From assembly GCA_044225505.1 (NCBI GenBank), contig JBGAIN010000005.1, positions 1-64,000 on the forward strand: a DNA stretch of 64,000 nucleotides, written 5' to 3'. Under the pieces are notes generated by a model. That model saw only the letters and a list, made by a program, of their open reading frames with translations. It had not been told where the DNA came from and did no database searches. This DNA comes from Limisphaerales bacterium (lineage in GTDB: Bacteria; Verrucomicrobiota; Verrucomicrobiia; Limisphaerales; SIBE01). The position numbers were made by a program, and so were the translations under genes. Shown one piece after another: positions 10,651 to 19,307 of this stretch; position 1 is the first letter of the stretch, and the number at the start of each line of letters is the position of its first letter.

Positions 10651-11049
10651 ATGAAGGGGAATTTGGCGCTCATCGTGGGGTCAGTAATGATGCTGGGGAA
10701 TGGCGGCTGTGCCAGTCCAGGAAAGAACGATACATCGATGTCTTCGGGGCTCATGACCATTCACATTGTCGGTCCGCCCGGAGCCGATATCGAAGGCGAT
10801 TTTTTGCAGGATGGTCAACGCCGCGAGTTCATGAGTCGATTGCCCTTCACTTTGGGCCAGGTTGGCGTCTCCGAGTTCACGGTTGTAAAGGTCCACCCAG
10901 AACAAACGATCTCGTTGGCGGCCCAGGTCGATCATGGCTTGTATCATTACGAAGTCATGGGTCGCGCTGGGGAATATTCGCCTGGACTGAGAGTCCAAGT
11001 GAACGAGGGACTCACCGTTCGGCCGATTAGACCAAGCTTCCCACAATGA
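10651..11049 (+). CDS. Hypothetical lipoprotein
   Basis: MKGNLALIVGSVMMLGNGG-C lipobox-like N-terminus; 132 aa. Confidence 0.6.
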   Translation: MKGNLALIVGSVMMLGNGGCASPGKNDTSMSSGLMTIHIVGPPGADIEGDFLQDGQRREFMSRLPFTLGQVGVSEFTVVKVHPEQTISLAAQVDHGLYHYEVMGRAGEYSPGLRVQVNEGLTVRPIRPSFPQ

Positions 11050-11077
11050 TGCAGGGCGTGGTAGAGTCCCGCCCAGC

Positions 11078-11557
11078 GTGAATTCCTTGTCCGTCAGATC
11101 CGAGCACTTCCTTCGAAGCGCCGACGGCTGGCTTGATTTAGGGGACTTCCTGGAGGCGAACGCTGAGCTAGATCGGATTGACGTCGCCCTCCATTCACAC
11201 CCTAAAGTGCTGAACCTTCGCTGGAGAGTTTACCGACTCGGAAAAAAGTGGGAACTTTGTTTCCGAGCGGCCCAAGCTTGGGTCTTCATAGAACCGACCA
11301 ACCCAGAGGCATGGCTCCGACTCGCGGAAAGCTTATCGTTGCTGGGAGCGGATGTGGAAGCCCACGCCCTCTTGATGGAAAAGATGGAGACGTTCCCGCG
11401 CTGCTGGACGCTCTATTTTGACGCGGCACGTTATGCGTGCCGTTTGGGTCGACTTGCTCAAGCCCAGACACTGCTTGAGTTTGCAATGATCTACGGCCAC
11501 GCAGATACCGTGCGGCAAACCGCGCTGAGAGAATCGGATTTCGCGGTCCTGAAGTAA
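11078..11557 (+). CDS. Tetratricopeptide-repeat-like hypothetical protein
   Basis: Helical repeats (ADGWLDLGDFLEANAEL; PEAWLRLAESL; YFDAARYACRLGRLAQAQTLL). Confidence 0.7.
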   Translation: MNSLSVRSEHFLRSADGWLDLGDFLEANAELDRIDVALHSHPKVLNLRWRVYRLGKKWELCFRAAQAWVFIEPTNPEAWLRLAESLSLLGADVEAHALLMEKMETFPRCWTLYFDAARYACRLGRLAQAQTLLEFAMIYGHADTVRQTALRESDFAVLK

Positions 11558-11846
11558 ATGAACCTGGCGCGGTGGGCTTTGGGCATGGCCCGCAATAGAA
11601 TTCGATCCCCGGCCTTACCATCCCCGAAAGCAAAGCGCCGCATCGACCGAGAGGGGGTGGCTCGTCATCGGTCGATGCCAAGAGCGACAAAACGCTGTGG
11701 CAATCATGAGGTCGAGCACCAAGACGGTAAGCAATCCAACCATTGCAAAACATTTTCTGACCCGCTGTCGGCGTTGAACCTGGTGACGTTTGTTCATGGG
11801 TTCGATGCTAGCAACCAGGCCTTGCGCAGCGTGAATCGATAAATCT

Positions 11847-12623
11847 GTGCGGAGTATTTATCCAAACGATTGTGAGATTCCTTCCACGGCCGAGTTGCGA
11901 TTGGCGCTCCCGTTGTACACACTGGATGGCATGGTGTGTTGGCGTGGTTCGTCTTTGCTCCTATTACGGGCTCTGCGGAGAGGCCAGGGCCTTGGCGTTT
12001 GGTCGATTTTCCTCCTGACTTTCGCTTTAAGATCGGTCGCGGCATTGAGCGAAAAGCCCATTTTGACGGTTGCGCCCAGTCTCGGCGACCTGGGAGAAGG
12101 TTGGACGACCAATCTTGTGGCGTACCTGATCGATCCCAAAAGTGCCCCTTCAGAAATCGATTACCGAACGGCTGTCGATCTCTCGGTCTCACTGAATACC
12201 CAGCGCGAAGCGATGAAGACCAATGGTCGGACCGGATGCGCGCTGGTGTTCTACGGCCACGGCGACTTGATATCGAACAGCGGGCTGTATCGAGTCTATA
12301 TTCAGCGCTGGAAGGATGTTCGCTCCCTGCATAACGCCTGGGTTCAGTTTAAAATGAATCCCGAACGGGTGGTCCGGGATGAAGTGGCTGCCGGAGAGGA
12401 CAATTACTGGACTCAAGAATGGTGGCGTCGAACTCTCGTCCGTCAAAACCTCGTATTCAGGCGAGGTCTTTTTCACGTGGTCGTGGAGGCGGGTGCTCAG
12501 TCTGACCACAGGCCAATGCTGCGGCTTGCCGAAGTCATTGACGCAAAGATTCGAGGCCTTCCGATTCCGCCATCCTGCCCGGGCGCGATTGCCGCCCCGG
12601 CACCTGCCAGATTGCCAGAATAA
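11847..12623 (+). CDS. Hypothetical secreted protein (true start probably downstream, near 11930-11995)
   Basis: Long ORF; hydrophobic segment GLGVWSIFLLTFALRSVAA resembles a signal peptide; no family recognised. Confidence 0.55.
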   Translation: MRSIYPNDCEIPSTAELRLALPLYTLDGMVCWRGSSLLLLRALRRGQGLGVWSIFLLTFALRSVAALSEKPILTVAPSLGDLGEGWTTNLVAYLIDPKSAPSEIDYRTAVDLSVSLNTQREAMKTNGRTGCALVFYGHGDLISNSGLYRVYIQRWKDVRSLHNAWVQFKMNPERVVRDEVAAGEDNYWTQEWWRRTLVRQNLVFRRGLFHVVVEAGAQSDHRPMLRLAEVIDAKIRGLPIPPSCPGAIAAPAPARLPE

Positions 12624-12690
12624 CTTGGCATCATCCTGAAACCAGGACAGAGCAGTGCACCTTAAAACTCATCGATAAGGGTTTCCCTTA

Positions 12691-12718
12691 TTGACAGCGA
12701 GGGTTTGTTCTATAATAT
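12691..12718 (+). promoter_or_regulatory. Sigma70-like promoter
   Basis: TTGACA (12691-12696) followed by TATAAT (12711-12716, 14-nt spacer) or the overlapping TAATAT (12713-12718, 16-nt spacer). Confidence 0.55.
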
Positions 12719-12761
12719 GAGCCCAGATTTCGGCGATTTCCGCCACTACCAGTTTCCGTAG
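12717..12761 (+). CDS. Candidate 14-aa leader peptide MSPDFGDFRHYQFP
   Basis: Short ORF with 3 Phe, 1 Tyr and 1 His codons, ending about 40 nt before an intrinsic terminator. Confidence 0.3.
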   Translation: MSPDFGDFRHYQFP

Positions 12762-12799
12762 GCTTGGGAGAGGGCATCAGTTCCGGTAGGATTTGAGGG

Positions 12800-12834
12800 G
12801 AGCGGCTTCTTAACGAGGCCGCTCATTCTTTTTT
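12800..12834 (+). terminator. Intrinsic terminator
   Basis: GAGCGGCTTC-TTAAC-GAGGCCGCTC stem (one G-U pair) followed by ATTCTTTTTT. Confidence 0.8.
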
Positions 12835-13337
12835 CAGGCTTCGCCCAGCTTGGCTTTCCACGTTGCCTCGGAACGCTTCGGGCGGACCGTTCCCAATGAA
12901 GAATGATGACACCATTTAAGATTCTGGGAGCTACGATACCTCGGAACTCGTTGCCTGCGCAGAACAGCGCCTTTCGGCTCGCGGTCGTGAGATTGCGGTA
13001 GTTAACAGGCGGCTTCCTGACAAACGAACTTGGCGGATCTTGAGCAAGCCCGGCAGGAACTGGCCTCGCTGCCGCAGGCACGACCGTCCACGGAGCAGTT
13101 CGACACGGAGATCAGAACCAACGAGGATGCGGTGCCTTAGGATGGAGCAAAGTTGGCATTGTTGAAGGGCTTATCTGACGAACAAAGCCTCGCTGTAACG
13201 TTGATCCAAGACGGGCTCGAAGAAGCGAGCTCGTGATCGCAGGGTGGAAGGCAATAAAAGGAAGTCGTCGCCGCGACGAAGCGTACGAAGACCAGCTTCC
13301 TGAGCTCTGATTTCGGAGGCGTGGTGCTTCCTTGCCA

Positions 13338-13615
13338 CTAGTGTGGTGACCGCTAAGTCCTTACACTTTCGTTGCGCTCAAAATGGGTCCTGGCGAGGCG
13401 CGCCGCCGGAGGATAGCCGCAGTTTTCTCTGACCGAGGAGCAACGAAGCCAGGACCGATTTTCAGCGCCACCCTTTGGGCGGCCGCTCTTCGCGCACCCG
13501 CCGCGTTACTCCCTCGTTCTCCCGACCTGTCGGGATGGGTTTGCGCCTCGCTCGTGCCTTGCGGGCGTGCAAAATCCCTCGCGAAAGTGCAAGGACTTAG
13601 CGGTCACCACACTAG
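13338..13615. mobile_element. MITE-like non-autonomous element, 278 bp, 34-bp terminal inverted repeats
   Basis: 13338-13371 CTAGTGTGGTGACCGCTAAGTCCTTACACTTTCG matches the reverse complement of 13582-13615 at 33/34 nt; both ends are CTAG; no transposase; internal inverted repeats. Confidence 0.75.
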
Positions 13616-13619
13616 GCGT

Positions 13620-14978
13620 TTAGCCTAGCTCACTCCAAAGGTAGGCGCTCATGCGGATTCCTTTGGCGAAGACATCCAAATCAAACTTCTCGTTAGGCGA
13701 GTGCGGGTTGTCGTCTGGCAAACTGAGGCCAAGCAGTAGGGCATCCGCCTCAAGAATCCGCTTAAAGTCGATCAGAATCGGGATGGACCCTCCTTCACGG
13801 ACAAGAATAGGTTCGCTCTTAAACGCACGCCGCAACGCTCGCAGCGCCGCTTGGACTTGCTTACCCTCAGGCGGAACCAAATAAGGTGCCCCGCCGTGCC
13901 CCGGAGTAATCTCGAGCTGTACTGTCGCTGGGCAGATGCGACGCAGGTGCGCCGTGACGAGTTGAATGATCGCTTTCGGGTCTTGGTCCGGAACCAGCCG
14001 GATTGTCAGTTTCGCGCTGGCCCATGAGGGGACGATGGTTTTACTGCCCGCGCCTTGGTATCCGCTTGTCAATCCGTTGATTTCCAGAGTTGGTCGCGCG
14101 CTTCGTTGCTCGATGACAGTGAATCCTTTTTCCCCAAACAACGCCTTGACGCCAAGGAACCGGCGATAAGCCGCGTCGCTGAACGGTTGGCGTGCGAGCT
14201 GTCGTCGTTCGAAAGCGGACAGTGGTTTGACGTCATCATAAAACCCTGGGACCGTGATTCGCCCGTTCTTATCTCGCAAGTGCGCAAGGATCTGGCAAAG
14301 AACCATGGCTGGATTGTCTACCGAGCCTCCAAATAGCCCCGAATGAAGGTCCCGAGTGGGTCCAGTGAGCTTAACTTCGAGCGCCGCGATTCCCCGCAGC
14401 GCATAGGTCAGAGTGGGGTGCTTGGGACTCACCAGGCCAGTGTCAGAGATAACAATGGCATCGCACTTCAAGGCGCGTCGGTTTTTCTTTAAGAAACCGG
14501 CGAGGTTCTGGCTACCTACTTCTTCTTCTCCTTCAACGAGAAAGGTTAAATCGCACGGGAGTTCAGTCCCGGTCTTCAGATATGCTTCAACGGCGGCCAA
14601 GTGGGCCAAGTGCTGCCCCTTATTGTCGCTGGCACCTCGCGCATACAGCGAACTGCCCGCGATTCGTGGTTCGAAAGGAGGGGATTTCCACAGATCAAAG
14701 GGCTCAGCCGGTTGGACATCGTAATGGCCATAAACCACATAGTGACGTCGACCTGGAGTCCGCCGCGTGCGCGCCAGGACGACTGGATTCCCTGGGGTTG
14801 GACAAACCTCCGTCTCGAGCCCAACGCGCCGACAGCGTTGCGCGAGCCAGTTGGCACATGCCCCCAGATCCTCCCGATGCTGCGGTTGAGCAGAAACGCT
14901 AGGAAAGCGGACGTATTCACACAACTCCTGGACAAACCGTTGCTGGTTCTCCCGCAGATACGCTTCAATTCGGTCCAT
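13620..14978 (-). CDS. M20-family metallo-dipeptidase
   Basis: YGHYDVQP, ARGASDNKGQ, EGEEEVGS, DLHSG, EGGSIP, HSPNEKF; start taken at MDRIEAYL. Confidence 0.92.
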   Translation of the reverse strand: MDRIEAYLRENQQRFVQELCEYVRFPSVSAQPQHREDLGACANWLAQRCRRVGLETEVCPTPGNPVVLARTRRTPGRRHYVVYGHYDVQPAEPFDLWKSPPFEPRIAGSSLYARGASDNKGQHLAHLAAVEAYLKTGTELPCDLTFLVEGEEEVGSQNLAGFLKKNRRALKCDAIVISDTGLVSPKHPTLTYALRGIAALEVKLTGPTRDLHSGLFGGSVDNPAMVLCQILAHLRDKNGRITVPGFYDDVKPLSAFERRQLARQPFSDAAYRRFLGVKALFGEKGFTVIEQRSARPTLEINGLTSGYQGAGSKTIVPSWASAKLTIRLVPDQDPKAIIQLVTAHLRRICPATVQLEITPGHGGAPYLVPPEGKQVQAALRALRRAFKSEPILVREGGSIPILIDFKRILEADALLLGLSLPDDNPHSPNEKFDLDVFAKGIRMSAYLWSELG

Positions 14979-15370
14979 GGCTAAGTTAATTCGTGCTGTT
15001 GATAGCCAGTTGCACCATAAACAAGCGCGATTTGGCAAGCCTTTCCCGACGCGGCGTTTCGAGTAAGCAACGTCACCAAGTTATACGAGAGGCGGAGGTG
15101 TTTTTCAGCGATGCGTCCAGCATCGAAGGCACGTCCGCCTCCTGGCCGCGGGATCTATTCCGCGCTGGGCGGGACAACGTAACCCTCACGTGCAAATAGA
15201 CTACGGAATGAAGCGGAGTCACCTGAAGTAAAACCGGGGGCACTAATCTAACCACCCCCTTGAGGATTCCAAAGGCTTTCTCGATCCGAGAAAACACGAC
15301 TCGATACTCGACAACCGGACGCCCAGCGCTTTAGTTTTCTTTTTCTGGTTTGTTCTAGCGCGCTGCCCTG

Positions 15371-17176
15371 ATGAACGCCGAATTGTTGACCAAAGCGAAG
15401 TCGCTCGGGTTTTCCGACCGTCAGATTGCGAATTTAACCGGCTGCTCGGAAGATGACGTCCGGGCGGAACGTAAGCGTCTTGGGTTACTGCCTAGCTATC
15501 GCCTGGTAGATACTTGCGCGGCGGAATTCGAGGCGTATACCCCGTATTATTATTCGACCTACGACCGGGGCGATGACGAAGTTCGGCCATCGGACCGTCG
15601 CAAAGTGATGATTATCGGGGGAGGACCCAACCGAATCGGACAAGGCATTGAATTTGACTATTGCTGCGTCCACGCCTCATTCGCGTTGAAGGCCGATGGT
15701 TTCGAAACCATCATGGTGAATTCGAATCCAGAGACCGTTTCCACGGATTACGACACTAGTGATCGTCTTTATTTTGAGCCACTTACTCTCGAAGATGTTT
15801 TACACATTTATGACCGAGAGAAATGTTGGGGAGCAATTGCGCAGTTTGGTGGGCAGACACCGCTTAATCTCGCCCTGGGCCTGCAGAAGAATGGAGTCAA
15901 CATTCTAGGAACGTCCCCTCAGAACATCGAAATCGCTGAGGATCGCAAGCTTTTCGCCGCCATGTTGCGGAAGCTCAACATTCCTCAACCTCCCAACGGA
16001 ATCGCCATCAACGAAGGTGAAGCGTTGCAAGCAGCCCGTCAACTGGGCTATCCCGTGCTCGTCCGGCCGTCGTTCGTCCTGGGCGGCAGGGCGATGCAAA
16101 TCGTGTATTCCGACGCGGAGCTCTCGCATTATATGCGCTTTGCTGTGGAAGCGTCGCGCCGCCGACCTGTGTTGGTCGACAAGTTCCTGGAGGATGCGAC
16201 CGAAGTGGATGTCGACTGTATTGCGGATGTAGGTCATTTTAGCGACCCGACCCAAGGGAGCATCGTGATTGGCGGGATCCTCGAGCACATCGAGTATGCG
16301 GGAGTCCATTCCGGAGACGCTGCGATGGTCTTACCCCCACACACCTTAGCCCCGAGTGTCATTGAGACAATCCGGCAGTACACCCATGCGATGGCGCGCG
16401 AGCTCAAGGTTGTCGGGCTTATGAACGTGCAGTATGCCGTGAAGAACGACATCGTTTATGTCCTGGAAGTGAATCCACGTGCTTCCCGCACCGTTCCTTT
16501 CGTGAGCAAATCCATCGGCGTGCCGCTGGCCAAGTTGGCATCGCGACTGATGGCTGGAAAGACTCTTAAGGATCTAGGATTCACGAAAGAAGTTTGGACC
16601 CAGTACTGGGCAGTGAAAGAGTCGGTCTTCCCGTTCAACCGGTTCCACGGTCAAGACATCCTCCTTTCCCCGGAGATGCGCTCGACAGGTGAGGTTATGG
16701 GATTGGATGCAGACCTTGGAATTGCCTATTCAAAGTCGCAAATGGCCGCCGGGTCCTCTCTCCCGATGAGTGGCAAAGTGTTTATTAGCGTGAGTGACGC
16801 GGATAAGCGCGACGTGGCAAGTGTGGCACAACTCCTGATGGAACAGGGCTTTGAGATTATCTCGACCAGCGGCACGGCAGCGGTGCTCGAAAAGGCCGGA
16901 CTTAAAGTCCAGCGAGTGTTCAAACTCATGGAAGGTCGGCCAAACGCCATCGATTTACTCAAGAATCGCGAGATTCAACTGGTAATCAATACGCCATCGG
17001 GCCAAGTCCCTCGCGCGGACGAAGTCAAGATTCGAACCACGGCGGTCTACACGAACACACCCATCATGACGACGTTGCGAGGTGCCCGCGCGGCGGCGTT
17101 GGGCATTGCTGCCCTAAAAAAGCGCGGGTATGGCGTCAAGACTATCCAGGAGTATCAGAAATCTCAGGCGCCATAG
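15371..17176 (+). CDS. carB: Carbamoyl-phosphate synthase large subunit, C-terminal half only (oligomerisation domain, second ATP-grasp and MGS domain)
   Basis: AKSLGFSDRQIA...VDTCAAEFEAYTPYYYSTY, GGGPNRIGQGIEFDYCCVH, NSNPETVSTDYD, EVNPRASRTVPFVSK, MRSTGEVMG; 601 aa versus about 1070 aa for full-length CarB. Confidence 0.93.
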   Translation: MNAELLTKAKSLGFSDRQIANLTGCSEDDVRAERKRLGLLPSYRLVDTCAAEFEAYTPYYYSTYDRGDDEVRPSDRRKVMIIGGGPNRIGQGIEFDYCCVHASFALKADGFETIMVNSNPETVSTDYDTSDRLYFEPLTLEDVLHIYDREKCWGAIAQFGGQTPLNLALGLQKNGVNILGTSPQNIEIAEDRKLFAAMLRKLNIPQPPNGIAINEGEALQAARQLGYPVLVRPSFVLGGRAMQIVYSDAELSHYMRFAVEASRRRPVLVDKFLEDATEVDVDCIADVGHFSDPTQGSIVIGGILEHIEYAGVHSGDAAMVLPPHTLAPSVIETIRQYTHAMARELKVVGLMNVQYAVKNDIVYVLEVNPRASRTVPFVSKSIGVPLAKLASRLMAGKTLKDLGFTKEVWTQYWAVKESVFPFNRFHGQDILLSPEMRSTGEVMGLDADLGIAYSKSQMAAGSSLPMSGKVFISVSDADKRDVASVAQLLMEQGFEIISTSGTAAVLEKAGLKVQRVFKLMEGRPNAIDLLKNREIQLVINTPSGQVPRADEVKIRTTAVYTNTPIMTTLRGARAAALGIAALKKRGYGVKTIQEYQKSQAP

Positions 17177-17430
17177 CGGGTCGGTCCGTCAAGCACCCGC
17201 GTTTCTCGAGCTGCAGGACATTCGACGCGGCGTCGAATGGTCTCACGTTCGCACGGGCCAGAGCGTCTGCATGCGGTCCGCTTAGATCGGCGCCTGGTTC
17301 TTTTCTGAACGGCACGCCTCCATCCCCAGCAGCAGGAACAGATTTGCGACGATACCTCCAGGATCCCCAAAGCAGATCCGGCCGCCAGGATTGACAGCGG
17401 GCTGCTTTGCATTTCAGACTACGCGGTTTG

Positions 17431-18354
17431 ATGCGCACCTACGATTTTGTCATGACGCACCATCTGGATTCGGATGATTTCTTCATCCATCAAATCCAGC
17501 AGCGTTGTGCGGAAAAGAGCCTGAATTTCTTCCTCGTCGAACCGCTCTGGGTGGAAGAGTTCTTTGAGAGGATGCAGAAGGGGAAGACCTGGGCGCGAGT
17601 GCTGTTAAACATGCACAGCGAGCATCATAAGCCGGACGATATCTACCATCGCTTAGTGCGTCTGGCCTTCGAGCGAAAAACGCAAGTTATTGACCCTCCG
17701 GATGTTGCTTTAGCGGCCTTCGATAAAGCGCGCTTGCACCCGAGACTCGCCGCCGCGGAGTTCAATTTGCCGCCCACAGTCATCGTGCCCGCAGCGGAGA
17801 TCACCTCCTTCCGTCTGACGACGCCGCAACGCGAACTTCTAGGACGTCCCTTCGTGATTAAACCCAGTTTGGGCTATGGCAAACGGGGAGTCCTTCTCGA
17901 TGCGCAGAGTGAAGAGGATTTGGCGCGTTCCGCCTCCGCGTGGCCAGACCAGAACTACCTTTTGCAGCGACGCATTGTTCCTAAGTTAATCGGCACTGTT
18001 CCTGCCTATTTCCGTGTATTCTACGCTTTCGGGTCGGTGTGGTGTTGTTGGTGGAACTGCTACACGGATCGGTATGCAACGCTCACACCCGATGAGCTCG
18101 AACGTCATCAATTGTCGCCACTATCCGAGATCGTCCGCCGTCTTGCTGACTTAACTCGGATGCAGTTTTTCTCGACCGAGATCGCTTTGACGGATGCTGG
18201 CACCTTCGTTCTTATCGATTATGTGAACGATCAATGCCACATGCTGACGCAGTCTTCCAATCCACAGATGGGCGTCCCAGACGCTGTGGTTGCAGGCATT
18301 GCCGGGCGGCTCGTCGAGGGAGCGATGCAGTGGCTAAGTCCGAAGGCCCGCTGA
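17431..18354 (+). CDS. ATP-grasp fold protein of unknown function (RimK-like)
   Basis: AAFDKARLH, LPPTVIVP, PFVIKPSLGYGKRGV, YLLQRRI, FVLIDYVND. Confidence 0.7.
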   Translation: MRTYDFVMTHHLDSDDFFIHQIQQRCAEKSLNFFLVEPLWVEEFFERMQKGKTWARVLLNMHSEHHKPDDIYHRLVRLAFERKTQVIDPPDVALAAFDKARLHPRLAAAEFNLPPTVIVPAAEITSFRLTTPQRELLGRPFVIKPSLGYGKRGVLLDAQSEEDLARSASAWPDQNYLLQRRIVPKLIGTVPAYFRVFYAFGSVWCCWWNCYTDRYATLTPDELERHQLSPLSEIVRRLADLTRMQFFSTEIALTDAGTFVLIDYVNDQCHMLTQSSNPQMGVPDAVVAGIAGRLVEGAMQWLSPKAR

Positions 18355-18428
18355 TGACAGGCGGAGTCTGCGCGCTTTTGGACGTGAGATAGCTTGGCTG
18401 GCAGCGACTCTCTCGTTAGCGTGGCGCG

Positions 18429-19277
18429 ATGCTGCTGCGCGCTGGCCAGTTCAAATTCAGTTTCCCGCGGCCGGCGTTGGTGATGGGTATTCTTAACGTG
18501 ACGCCGGACTCATTCTCGGACGGCGGTTGTTACCTGGAACCTACGCTGGCAGTCGAACGCGCGTTCCGGCTTGTTGAGGAAGGGGCGGACATCATTGATG
18601 TGGGAGGTGAATCAACGCGACCCAACGCAGAACCGGTTAGCGAAGCCGAAGAACTTCGGCGTGTGCTCCCGGTCCTTGAGAAACTGCAAGGGCGGTTGCA
18701 GATTCCCATTTCGATCGATACCTATAAGCCGGTCGTGGCCCGGGAGGCTCTGCAGCGGGGTGCGTCCATCGTAAATGACATCGGAGCGGGCTTGCTTCGA
18801 CGGGAGATGTGGGAGCTCGTGGCGAAGTCCGGTGCCGGATACGTCCTAATGCATATTCAAGGAACCCCTTTGACCATGCAATTGAATCCGACTTACCAGC
18901 ACGTTGGCGCTGAGGTGGAACAGTTCTTTAAGACACAGCTCAACGAAGTTCAGCGCGCCGGAGTCGAGCCAGAGCAGGTTGTCTTGGATGTCGGGCTCGG
19001 TTTTGGAAAGCGGCGATCGCACAATCTGGAGTTAATCGCGCAACTGAGCCGATTCTCCACGCTCGGACGTCCCCTCTTGATTGGGGCTTCACGAAAGTCG
19101 TTTTTGGGAGCCGGACAGGAGACCGGGGTCGGCGAGCGATTGCCCGCTGCGCTCGGCGTGGCCTGCTGGTGCATTCATTCCGGAGTTCAGATCCTGCGCA
19201 CGCACGATGTCCGTTCAACCCGGCAAACAATTCGGATCTGGGAAGAAATCCAGGAAATATCTGCGTCGCGGGCTTGA
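18429..19277 (+). CDS. folP: Dihydropteroate synthase
   Basis: MGILNVTPDSFSDGG, DVGGESTRP, SIDTYK, DVGLGFGK, GASRKSF, RTHDV. Confidence 0.96.
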   Translation: MLLRAGQFKFSFPRPALVMGILNVTPDSFSDGGCYLEPTLAVERAFRLVEEGADIIDVGGESTRPNAEPVSEAEELRRVLPVLEKLQGRLQIPISIDTYKPVVAREALQRGASIVNDIGAGLLRREMWELVAKSGAGYVLMHIQGTPLTMQLNPTYQHVGAEVEQFFKTQLNEVQRAGVEPEQVVLDVGLGFGKRRSHNLELIAQLSRFSTLGRPLLIGASRKSFLGAGQETGVGERLPAALGVACWCIHSGVQILRTHDVRSTRQTIRIWEEIQEISASRA

Positions 19278-19307
19278 GTCTTGGCCGCACGTCTGGCAGC
19301 AGTATAG

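Noticed and set aside
12720..13330. Possible large known ncRNA (tmRNA, RNase P, group II intron)
   Set aside because: I found no tRNA-like ends, RNase P conserved motifs or intron domain V, and a terminator interrupts the region at 12800-12834.
15262..15285. PyrR-binding-loop-like GATTCCAAAGGCT upstream of carB
   Set aside because: Only a partial match to the PyrR consensus, without the expected anti-antiterminator/terminator layout.
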